Below are positions 50,901 to 64,000 of a stretch of 64,000 bases of DNA, piece after piece. How positions within the stretch are numbered: position 1 is the first letter of the stretch; each line of letters begins with the position of its first letter. The translations under genes were made by a program, and so were the position numbers. The notes below the pieces were generated by a model. It did no database searches. It saw only the letters and a list, made by a program, of their open reading frames with translations, and was not told the origin of the DNA. This stretch comes from Squalus acanthias (lineage: Eukaryota): contig CM059431.1 of NCBI GenBank assembly GCA_030390025.1, forward strand, positions 138,820,001 through 138,884,000, read 5' to 3'.

Positions 50901-53900
50901 TTATATACCTGGCAGGATTCTCATACACTGTGAAACCCCATACACAGCTGGCAGTATTCTGATAAATTGTGAACTGCCATAAATTCTTGGCAGGATCCTG
51001 ATACACTGTGAAACCTCATACACACCTGGCATAAACATGCGACAATGTGAAAAACCATACACACCTGGCAGGATCCTGATACACTTTGAAACCCCAAAAA
51101 CATCAGGCAGGATCCTGATACAGTGTGAATCCCCATACACACCTGGCAGTATCTTGATACACTGTGAATCCCCATACACACCTGGCAGGATCCTGATACA
51201 CTGTGAATCCCCATACACACCTGGCAGGCTCCTGATACACTGTGAAACACCATACACACCTGGCAGGATCCTGATGCACTGTGAAACCTCATAAACACCT
51301 GGCAGGAACCTGATACATTGTGAATCCCCATACACACCTGGAAGGATCCCGATACACTGTGAATCCCGATACACAACTGGCAGGCTCCTGATACACTGTG
51401 AAACACCATACACACCTGGCAGGATCCTGGTGCACTGTGAAACCCATACACACCTGGCAAGATCCTGATTCACTGTGAACCCGCATACACACGTTGTAGT
51501 ATCCAGACACACTGTGAAACCTCATATACAATTAACAGGATCCTGATACACTGTGAGACGCATTGCACACCAGGCAGGCTCCTGATACACTGTGAAACAC
51601 CATACACACCTAGCAGCATCCTGATACACTGTGAAACCTCATACACGCTTGAAGGGATCCAGATACACCGAGAAACCCCATACAAACCTGACAGGATCCT
51701 GATAGACTATGAGCGCCCATACACACCTGGTAGGATCCAGATACACTATGAAACCCTATACACACCTGGCAGGCTCCTGATACACTGTGAAACACCATAC
51801 ACACCTGGCAGGATCCTGATACACTGTGGCACACCTTATGTTCTGGCAGAATCCTGATACACTGTGAAACCCCAATCACACCAGGCAGGATCCTGATATA
51901 CTGTGAATCCCAATACACATCTGGCAGGATCCTGATACAGTCTGAATCCCCATAAACACCTGGCAGCATCCTGATAAACAGTGAAACCCCATACACTCCT
52001 GGCAGGATCCTGATACACTGTGAAACCCCATACCTTCCTGGCAGGATCCTGATACACTGTGAATCCCCATACACACCTGGCAAGATCCTGATACACTGTG
52101 AATCCCCATACACACCTGGCAGGCTCCTGATACACTGTGAAACACCATACACACCTGGCAGGCTCCTGATACACTGTGAAACACCATACACACCTAGCAG
52201 CATCCTGATACACTGTGAAACCTCATACACGCTTGAAGGGATCCAGATACACCGAGAAACCCCATACAAACCTGACAGGATCCTGATAGACTATGAGCGC
52301 CCATACACACCTGGTAGGATCCAGATACACTATGAAACCCTATACACACCTGGCAGAATCCTGATACACTGTGAAACACCATACACACCTGGCAGAATCC
52401 GGTTACACTGTGAAACAACATACACACCTGGCAGAATCCGGATACACTGTGAAACACCATACACAGCTGGCAGAATTCGGATACACTGTGAAACACCATA
52501 CATAGCTGGCAGGATTCGGATGCACTGTGAGACACCATACACACCTGGCAGAATCCGGATACACTGTGAAACACCATACACACCTGGCAGGACCCTGACA
52601 CACTTTGAAACCCCATACATACCTGGCAGAACCCGGTAACACTGTGAAACACCATAAACACCTGGCAGAATCCGGATAGACTGTGAAACACCATGCACAC
52701 CTGGCAGGATCCTGAAACAGTGTGTGATTGCATTCACACCTGGCAGGGTCCTGGTGCACTGTGAAATCGCATACACCCTTGAAGGGACCCTGATACTCCA
52801 AGAAACCCCATAAAAAGCGGATAAGATCCTGATACACTGTGAAACCCCATACACACCTGTCAGCAAATTGAAAAACACTGTAAATCCTCATACTGGCCTG
52901 ACAGGTTCCTGTTTCATGGTGAAACCTCTTATGCACCTGGCAGGATTCTCATACACCGAGAAACCCCATACAAACCTGACAGGATCCTGATAGCCTATGT
53001 GCGCCCATACACACCTGGAAGGATCCAGATACATTATGAAACCCTATACACACCTGGCAGAATCCTGATACACTGTGAAACGCCATAGAAACCTGGCAGG
53101 GTCCTGATACACTGTGAAACCCCATACTCACTTAGTAGGATCCTGATACACTCTGAAACTCCATCCACACCCGACAGGATCCTTATAAATTTTGAAATCC
53201 CATGCACACCTGGCAGAATCATGATGCACTGTGCAACCCCATACACACCTGTCAGGACCTTGAAACTCTGTGAATCCTCATACATGCCTGACAGGTTCCT
53301 GTTTCATGGTGAAACCACAGACACACCTCGCAGGATCCTGATACATTGTGAGACCCCATTCAAACTTGGCAGTTTCCTGATACACTATCAAACCGCATAA
53401 AAACCGGGGAGGATCCTGATACACGGGATGACCTCAATCACACCTGGCAGAATCCTGATACACTGTGAAAAATCATATACAACTGGAAGGATCCAGATGC
53501 ACTGTGAAACCCCATACACACCTGGCAGAATGCTGTTACACCGTGACACCCCATACACATCTGGAAGGATCCAAATGCACTGTGAAACCGCATAAACACC
53601 ATGGAAGGACTCTGCTAAACTGTTAAAAACAGCATACACACCTGGCGGGATTCTGATACACAGTGTAACCGCATACACACCTGGCAGGATCCTGATATAA
53701 TGTGAATCACCATACACACCTGGCAGGATCCTGATGCAGTGTGAAACCCATAAACACCTGGCAGGAACCTGAAACACAGTGAAATCCCATACACAGCTGG
53801 CAGGATCCTGATAAACTGTGAAACAACATACACACCTGGCAGAATCCTGATAAACTGTGAAACAACATACACACCTAGCAGAATAAGGATACACTGGGAA

Positions 53901-56900
53901 ACACCATACATAGCTGGCAGGATCCTGATACACTGTGAAACACCATACACCGCTGGCAGAACCCTGATACCCTGTGAAACACCATACACACCTGGCAGGA
54001 TCCTGATACACTTTGAAACCCCATACACACCTGGCAGGATCCTGATACACTGTGAAACACCATACACAGCTGGCAAAATCCGGATACTCTGAAAAACACC
54101 ATACACAGCTGGCAGGATCCTGATACAGTGTGAAACCCCATACACACCTGACAGGATTCTGATACAGTGTGAAACCCCATACACACCTGGCAGAATCCGG
54201 ATACACCGTGAAACACCATAAACACCTGGCAGGATCCTGATACACTGTGAAACACCATACACAGCTGCCAGAACCCTGATACCCTGTGAAATACCATACA
54301 CACCTGGCAGGATCCTGATACACTTTGAAACCCCATACACACCTGTCAGGATCCTGATACACTGTGAAACACCATACACAGCTGGCAAAATCCGGATACT
54401 CTGAAAAACACCATACACAGCTGGCAGGATCCTGATACAGTGTGAAACCCCATACACACCTGACAGGATTCTGATACAGTGTGAAACCCCATACACACCT
54501 GGCAGAATCCGGATACACCGTGAAACACCATAAACACCTGGCAGAATCCGGAAACACTGTGAAACACCATACACACCTGGCAGAATCCGGATACACTGTG
54601 AAACACCATACACACCTGGCAGAATGCTGATACACTGTGAAACCCCATACGTACCTGGCACAATCCTGATACACTGTGAAACACCATAAACACCTGGCAG
54701 AATCCGGATACACTCTGAATAACCATACACACCTGGCAGGATCCTGAAACAGTATGTGACCCCATTCACACCTGGCAGGATCCTGATACACTGTGAAATC
54801 TCATACACCCTTGCAGGGACCCTGATACACAGAGAAACCCCATAAAAACCGGATAAGATCCTGATACAATGTGAAACCCAATCCACACCTGGCAGGATCC
54901 TAAAAAACCTTGAAAGCCCATATATACCGAGCAGGATTCTGATGCGCTGTGAAATCCCATACACACCTGTCATGACCTTGAAACACTGTAAATCCTCATA
55001 CTGACTTGACAGGTTCCTGTTTCATCGTGAAAGCTCTTATACACCTGGCAGAATTGTCTTACACTGTGAAAGCCCATACACAGCTGGCAGTATTCTGATA
55101 AATTGTGAACTGCCATAAATTCCTGGCAGGATCCTGATACACTGTGAAATGCCATACACACCTGGCAGAAACCTGCGACAATATGAAAAGCCATACCAAC
55201 CTGGCAGGATCCTGATACACTGTGCCACACCTTATGCACCTGGCAGAATCCTGATACACTGTGAAACCCCAAAAACACCAGGCAGGATCCTGATGCACTG
55301 TGGATCCCCATACACATCTGGCAGGATCCTGATACAGTGTGAATCCCCATACACACCTGGCAGGATCCTGATACCCTGTGAAACCCCATACACACCTGGC
55401 AGGATTCTGATACACTGTGAAACCCCATACACACCTGGCAGGATCCTGATACACTGTGAAACACCATCCACACCTGGCAGGCTCCTGATACACTGTGAAA
55501 CACCATACACACCTGGCAGGATCCTGATATACTGTGGCACACCTTATGTTCTGGCAGAATCCTGATACACTGTGAAACCCCAAACACACCAGGCAGGATC
55601 CTGATACACTGTGAATCCCAATAAACATCTGGCAGGATCCTGATACAGTGTGAATCCCCATAAACACCTGGCAGCATCCTGATAAACAGTGAAACCCCAT
55701 ACACTCCTGGCAGGATCCTGATACACTGTGAAACCCCATACCCTCCTGGCAGGATCCTGATACACTGTGAATCCCCATACACACCTGGCAGGATCCTGAT
55801 ACACTGTGAAACACCATACACACCTGGCAGGATCCTGATACACTGTGAAACATCATGCACACATGGCAGGATCCCGCTACACTGTGAGACGCATTGCACA
55901 CCAGGCAGGCTCCTGATACACTGTGAAACACCATACACACCTAGCAGCATCCTGATACACTGTGAAACCTCATACACGCTTGAAGGGATCCAGATACACC
56001 GAGAAACCCCATACAAACCTGACAGGATCCTGATAGACTATGAGCGCCCATACACACCTGGTAGGATCCAGATACACTATGAAACCCTATACACACCTGG
56101 CAGAATCCTGATACACTGTGAAACACCATACACACCTGGCAGAATCCGGTTACACTGTGAAACAACATACACACCTGGCAGAATCCGGATACACTGTGAA
56201 ACACCATACACAGCTGGCAGAATTCGGATACACTGTGAAACACCATACATAGCTGGCAGAATTCGGATGCACTGTGAAACACCATACACACCTGGCAGAA
56301 TCCGGATACACTGTGAAACACCATACACACCTGGCAGGACCCTGACACACTTTGAAACCCCATACATACCTGGCAGAATCCGGATACACTGTGAAACACC
56401 ATGCACACCTGGCAGGATCCTGAAACAGTGTGTGATTGCATTCACACCTGGCAGGGTCCTGGTACACTGTGAAATCGCATACACCCTTGAAGGGACCCTG
56501 ATACTCCAAGAAACCCCATAAAAAGCGGATAAGATCCTGATACACTGTGAAACCCCATCCACACCTGGCAGGATCCTAATAAACCTTGAAAGCCAATATA
56601 CACCTAGCAGGATTCTGATGCGCTGTGAAACCCCCATACACACCTGTCAGCAAATTGAAAAACACTGTAAATCCTCATACTGGCCTGACAGGTTCCTGTT
56701 TCATGGTGATACCTCTTATGCACCTGGCAGGATTCTCATACACCGAGAAACCCCATACAAACCTGACAGGATCCTGATAGTCTATGAGCGCCCATACACA
56801 CCTGGAAGGATCCAGATCCTTTATGAAACCCTATACACACCTGGCAGAATCCTGATACACTGTGAAACGCCATAGAAACCTGGCAGGGTCCTGATACACT

Positions 56901-59900
56901 GTGAAACCCCATACTCACTTAGCAGGATCCTGATACACTCTGAAACTCCATCCACACCCGACAGGATCCTTATAAATTTTGAAATCCCATGCACACCTGG
57001 CAGAATCATGATGCACTGTGCAACCCCATACACACCTGTCAGGACCTTGAAACACTGTGAATCCTCATACATGCCTGACAGGTTCCTGTTTCATGGTGAA
57101 ACCACAGACACACCTCGCAGGATCCTGATACATTGTGAGACCCCATTCAAACTTGGCAGTTTCCTGATACACTATCAAACCGCATAAAAACCGGGGAGGA
57201 TCCTGATACACGGGATGACCTCAATCACACCTGGCAGGATCCTGATACACTGTGAAAAATCATATACAACTGGAAGGATCCAGATGCACTGTGAAACCCC
57301 ATACACACCTGGCAGAATGCTGTTACACCGTGACACCCCATACACATCTGGTAGGATCCAAATGCACTGTGAAACCGCATAAACACCATGGAAGGACTCT
57401 GCTAAACTGTTAAAAACAGCATACACACCTGGCGGGATTCTGATACACAGTGAAACCGCATACACACCTGGCAGGATCCTGATATAATGTGAATCACCAT
57501 ACACACCTGGCAGGATCCTGATGCAGTGTGAAACCCATAAACACCTGGCAGGAACCTGAAACACCGTGAAATCCCATACACAGCTGGCAGGATCCTGATA
57601 AACTGTGAAACAACATACACACCTGGCAGAATCCTGATAAACTGTGAAACAACACACACACCTAGCAGAATAAGGATACACTGGGAAACACCATACATAG
57701 CTGGCAGGATCCTGATACATTGTGAAACACCATACACAGCTGGCAGAACCCTGATACCCTGTGAAACACCATACACACCTGGCAGGATCCTGATACACTT
57801 TGAAAGCCCATACACACCTTGCAGGATCCTGATACACTGTGAAACACCATACACAGCTGGCAAAATCCGGATACTCTGAAAAACACCATACACAGCTGGC
57901 AGGATCCTGATACAGTGTGAAACCCCATACACACCTGACAGGATTCTGATACAGTGTGAAACCCCATACACACCTGGCAGAATCCGGATACACCGTGAAA
58001 CACCATAAACACCTGGCAGGATCCTGATACACTGTGAAACACCATACACAGCTGGCAGAACCCTGATACCCTGTGAAATACCATACACACCTGGCAGGAA
58101 CCTGATACACTTTGAAACCCCATACACACCTGGCAGGATCCTGATACACTGTGAAACACCATACACAGCTGGCAAAATCCGGATACTCTGAAAAACACCA
58201 TACACAGCTGGCAGTATCCTGATACAGTGTGAAACCCCATACACACCTGACAGGATTCTGATACAGTGTGAAACCCCATACACACCTGGCAGAATCCGGA
58301 TACACCGGGAAACACCATAAACACCTGGCAGAATCCGGAAACACTGTGAAACACCATACACACCTGGCAGAACCCTGATACCCTGTGAAATACCATACAC
58401 ACCTGGCAGGATTCTGATACACATTGAAACCCCATACACACCTGGCAGGATCCTGATACACTGTGAAACACCATACACAGCTGGCAAAATCCGGATACTC
58501 TGAAAAACACCATACACAGCTGGCAGGATCTTGATACAGTGTGAAACCCCATACACACCTGACAGGATTCTGATACAGTGTGAAACCCCATACACACCTG
58601 GCAGAATCCGGATACACCGTGAAACACCATAAACACCTGGCAGAATCCGGAAACACTGTGAAACACCATAAACACCTGGCAGAATCCGGATACACTCTGA
58701 ATAACCATACACACCTGGCAGGATCCTGATACACTGTGAAATCTCATACACCCTTGAAGGGACCCTGATACACAGAGAAACCCCATAAAAACCGGATAAG
58801 ATCCTGATACAATGTGAAACCCAATCCACACCTGGCAGGATCCTAAAAAACCTTGAAAGCCCAGATACACCGAGCAGGATTCTGATGCGCTGTGAAATCC
58901 CATACACACCTGTCATGACCTTGAAACACTGTAAATCCTCATACTGACTTGACAGGTTCCTGTTTCATCGTGAAAGCTCTTATACACCTGGCAGGATTGT
59001 CTTACACTGTGAAACCCCATACACAGCTGGCAGTATTCTGATAAATTGTGAACTGCCATAAATTCCTGGCAGGATCCTGATACACTGTGAAATGCCATAC
59101 ACACCTGGCAGAAACCTGCGACAATATGAAAAGCCATACAAACCTGGCAGGATCCTGATACACTGTGCCACACCTTATGCACCTGGCAGAATCCTGATAC
59201 ACTGTGAAACCCCAAAAACACCAGGCAGGATCCTGATGCACTGTGGATCCCCATACACATCTGGCAGGATCCTGATACAGTGTGAATCCCCATACACACC
59301 TGGCAGGATCCTGATACCCTGTGAAACCCCATACACACCTGGCAGGATTCTGATACACTGTGAAACCCCATACACACCTGGCAGGCTACTGATACACTGT
59401 GAAACACCATACACACCTGGCAGGATCCTGATACACTGTGGCACACCTTATGTTCTGGCAGAATCCTGATACACTGTGAAACCCCAAACACACCAGGCAG
59501 GATCCTGATACACTGTGAATCCCCATACACATCTGGCAGGATCCTGATACAGTGTGAATCCCCATAAACACCTGGCAGCCTCCTGATAAACAGTGAAACC
59601 CCATACACTCCTGGCAGGATCCTGATACACTGTGAAACCCCATACCCTCCTGGCAGGATCCTGATAAACTGTGAATCCCCATACACACCTGGCAGGATCC
59701 TGATACACTGTGAATCCCCATACACACCTGGCAGGCTCCTGATACACTGTGAAACACCATACACACCTGGCAGGATCCTGATACACTGTGAAACATCATG
59801 CACACATGACAGGATCCCGATACACTGTGAGACGCATTGCACACCAGGCAGGCTCCTGAGACACTGTGAAACACCATACACACCTAGCAGCATCCTGATA

Positions 59901-62900
59901 CACTGTGAAACCTCATACACGCTTGAAGGGATCCAGATACACCGAGAAACCCCATACAAACCTGACAGGATCCTGATAGACTATGAGCGCCCATACACAC
60001 CTGGTAGGATCCAGATACACTATGAAACCCTATACACAGCTGGCAGAATCCTGATACACTGTGAAACACCATACACACCTGGCAGAATCCGTTTACACTG
60101 TGAAACACCATACACAGCTGGCAGAATTCGGATACACTGTGAAACACCATACATAGCTGGCAGAATTCGGATGCACTGTGAAACACCATACACACCTGGC
60201 AGAATCCGGATACACTGTGAAACACCATACACACCTGGCAGGACCCTGACACACTTTGAAACCCCATACATACCTGGCAGAATCCGGTAACACTGTGAAA
60301 CACCATAAACACCTGGCAGAATCTGGATACACTGTGAAACACCATGCACACCTGGCAGGATCCTGACACACTTTGAAACCCCATACATACCTGGCAGAAT
60401 CCGGTAACACTGTGAAACACCATAAACACCTGGCAGAATCCGGATACACTGTGAAACACCATGCACACCTGGCAGGATCCTGAAACAGTGTGTGATTGCA
60501 TTCACACCTGGCAGGGTCCTGGTACACTGTGAAATCGCATACACCCTTGAAGTGACCCTGATACTCCAAGAAACCCCATAAAAAGCGGATAAGATCCTGA
60601 TACACTGTGAAACCCCATCCACACCTGGCAGGATCCTAATAAACCTTGAAAGCCAATATACACCTAGCAGGATTCTGATGCGCTGTGAAACCCCATACAC
60701 ACCTGTCAGCAAATTGAAAAACACTGTAAATCCTCATACTGGCCTGACAGGTTCCTGTTTCATGGTGAAACTTCTTATGCACCTGGCAGGATTCTCATAC
60801 ACCGAGAAACCCCATACAAACCTGACAGGATCCTGATAGCCTATGAGCGCCCATACACACCTGGAAGGATCCAGATACATTATGAAACCCTATACACACC
60901 TGGCAGGCTACTGATACACTGTGAAACACCATACACACCTGGCAGGATCCTGATACACTGTGGCACACCTTATGTTCTGGCAGAATCCTGATACACTGTG
61001 AAACCCCAAACACACCAGGCAGGATCCTGATACACTGTGAATCCCCATACACATCTGGCAGGATCCTGATACAGTGTGAATCCCCATAAACACCTGGCAG
61101 CCTCCTGATAAACAGTGAAACCCCATACACTCCTGGCAGGATCCTGATACACTGTGAAACCCCATACCCTCCTGGCAGGATCCTGATAAACTGTGAATCC
61201 CCATACACACCTGGCAGGATCCTGATACACTGTGAATCCCCATACACACCTGGCAGGCTCCTGATACACTGTGAAACACCATACACACCTGGCAGGATCC
61301 TGATACACTGTGAAACATCATGCACACATGACAGGATCCCGATACACTGTGAGACGCATTGCACACCAGGCAGGCTCCTGATACACTGTGAAACACCATA
61401 CACACCTAGCAGCATCCTGATACACTGTGAAACCTCATACACGCTTGAAGGGATCCAGATACACCGAGAAACCCCATACAAACCTGACAGGATCCTGATA
61501 GACTATGAGCGCCCATACACACCTGGTAGGATCCAGATACACTATGAAACCCTATACACAGCTGGCAGAATCCTGATACACTGTGAAACACCATACACAC
61601 CTGGCAGAATCCGTTTACACTGTGAAACACCATACACAGCTGGCAGAATTCGGATACACTGTGAAACACCATACATAGCTGGCAGAATTCGGATGCACTG
61701 TGAAACACCATACACACCTGGCAGAATCCGGATACACTGTGAAACACCATACACACCTGGCAGGACCCTGACACACTTTGAAACCCCATACATACCTGGC
61801 AGAATCCGGTAACACTGTGAAACACCATAAACACCTGGCAGAATCTGGATACACTGTGAAACACCATGCACACCTGGCAGGATCCTGACACACTTTGAAA
61901 CCCCATACATACCTGGCAGAATCCGGTAACACTGTGAAACACCATAAACACCTGGCAGAATCCGGATACACTGTGAAACACCATGCACACCTGGCAGGAT
62001 CCTGAAACAGTGTGTGATTGCATTCACACCTGGCAGGGTCCTGGTACACTGTGAAATCGCATACACCCTTGAAGTGACCCTGATACTCCAAGAAACCCCA
62101 TAAAAAGCGGATAAGATCCTGATACACTGTGAAACCCCATCCACACCTGGCAGGATCCTAATAAACCTTGAAAGCCAATATACACCTAGCAGGATTCTGA
62201 TGCGCTGTGAAACCCCATACACACCTGTCAGCAAATTGAAAAACACTGTAAATCCTCATACTGGCCTGACAGGTTCCTGTTTCATGGTGAAACTTCTTAT
62301 GCACCTGGCAGGATTCTCATACACCGAGAAACCCCATACAAACCTGACAGGATCCTGATAGCCTATGAGCGCCCATACACACCTGGAAGGATCCAGATAC
62401 ATTATGAAACCCTATACACACCTGGCAGAATCCTGATACACTGTGAAACGCCATAGAAACCTGGCAGGGTCCTGATACACTGTGAAACCCCATACTCACT
62501 TAGCAGGATCCTGATACACTCTGAAACTCCATCCACACCCGACAGGATCCTTATAAATTTTGAAATCCCATGCACACCTGGCAGAATCATGATGCACTGT
62601 GCAACCCCATACACACCTGTCAGGACCTTGAAACACTGTGAATCCTCATACATGCCTGACAGGTTCCTGTTTCATGGTGAAACCACAGACACACCTCGCA
62701 GGATCCTGATACATTGTGAGACCCCATTCAAACTTGGCAGTTTCCTGATACACTATCAAACCGCATAAAAACCGGGGAGGATCCTGATACACGGGATGAC
62801 CTCAATCACACCTGGCAGGATCCTGATACACTGTGAAAAATCATATACAACTGGAAGGATCCAGATGCACTGTGAAACCCCATACACAGCTGGCAGAATG

Positions 62901-64000
62901 CTGTTACACCGTGACACCCCATACACATCTGGAAGGATCCAAATGCACTGTGAAACCGCATAAACACCATGGAAGGACTCTGCTAAACTGTTAAAAACAG
63001 CATACACACCTGGCGGGATTCTGATACACAGTGAAACCGCATACACACCTGGCAGGATCCTGATATAATGTGAATCACCATACACACCTGGCAGGATCCT
63101 GATGCAGTGTGAAACCCATAAACACCTGGCAGGAACCTGAAACACCGTGAAATCCCATACACAGCTGGCAGGATCCTGATAAACTGTGAAACAACATACA
63201 CACCTGGCAGAATCCTGATAAACTGTGAAACAACATACACACCTAGCAGAATAAGGATACAATGGGAAACACCATACATAGCTGGCAGGATCCTGATATA
63301 CTGTGAAACACCATACACAGCTGGCAGAACCCTGATACCCTGTGAAACACCATACACACCTGGCAGGATCCTGATACACTTTGAAACCCCATACACACCT
63401 GTCAGGACCTTGAAACACTGTGAATCCTCATACATGCCTGACAGGTTCCTGTTTCATGGTGAAACCACAGACACACCTCGCAGGATCCTGATACATTGTG
63501 AGACCCCATTCAAACTTGGCAGTTTCCTGATACACTATCAAACCGCATAAAAACCGGGGAGGATCCTGATACACGGGATGACCGCAATCACACCTGGCAG
63601 GATCCTGATACACTGTGAAAAATCATATACAACTGGAAGGATCCAGATGCACTGTGAAACCCCATACACACCTGGCAGAATGCTGTTACACCGTGACACC
63701 CCATACACATCTGGAAGGATCCAAATGCACTGTGAAACCGCATAAACACCATGGAAGGACTCTGCTAAACTGTTAAAAACAGCATACACACCTGGCGGGA
63801 TTCTGATACACAGTGAAACCGCATACACACCTGGCAGGATCCTGATATAATGTGAATCACCATACACACCTGGCAGGATCCTGATGCAGTGTGAAACCCA
63901 TAAACACCTGGCAGGAACCTGAAACACCGTGAAATCCCATACACAGCTGGCAGGATCCTGATAAACTGTGAAACAACATACACACCTGGCAGAATCCTGA
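44925..64000. repeat. 39-bp satellite array (>19 kb, roughly 490 monomers, continues past the window end) with higher-order structure
   Basis: Consensus CATACACACCTGGCAGGATCCTGATACACTGTGAAACCC. Diagnostic variant monomers recur at offsets of 3940, 3943, 1522 and 782 bp. Confidence 0.98.

Noticed and set aside
44991..63983. Dozens of long Cys-rich ORFs as host genes (keratin-associated- or metallothionein-like)
   Set aside because: They are translations of a 39-bp satellite in all three minus frames, shift frame at indels, and have no unique termini.
44925..64000. 39-bp unit as a C2H2 zinc-finger array (IHCETPYT resembles the HTGEKPY linker)
   Set aside because: The period is 39 bp rather than 84 bp, and there is no C-x2-C...H-x3-H spacing.

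Overview
Repeat-dense vertebrate genomic DNA, most likely from a cartilaginous fish (inferred from the mix of CR1, Penelope-like and Deu-domain SINE repeats). The only host protein-coding gene I can support is a single-coding-exon B3GALT5-like beta-1,3-galactosyltransferase on the minus strand (22083-23036), with a splice acceptor 12 nt upstream of its ATG. Positions 1-33500 are a nested mosaic of decayed retroelements: several CR1 LINE subfamilies, a second LINE family, L2, a Deu-domain SINE, and a Penelope-like RT/GIY-YIG element with minimal hammerhead-ribozyme motifs. This part also holds a 3'-truncated tRNA-Lys(UUU) copy and minisatellites of 73, 23 and 14 bp; the 23-bp array was born inside a CR1 ORF2. 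A 25/27-bp C-rich repeat block follows at 33526-36360. Positions 36400-43940 hold an unclassified ~1.35-kb unit as a tandem pair plus an inverted copy, forming a diverged palindrome with ~2.5-kb arms whose promoter-like motifs and splice donors point outward. From ~44925 to the window end is a >19-kb 39-bp satellite with higher-order periods of ~3.94 kb, 1.52 kb and 0.78 kb. Repeat boundaries are approximate and were read by eye; no searches were run.
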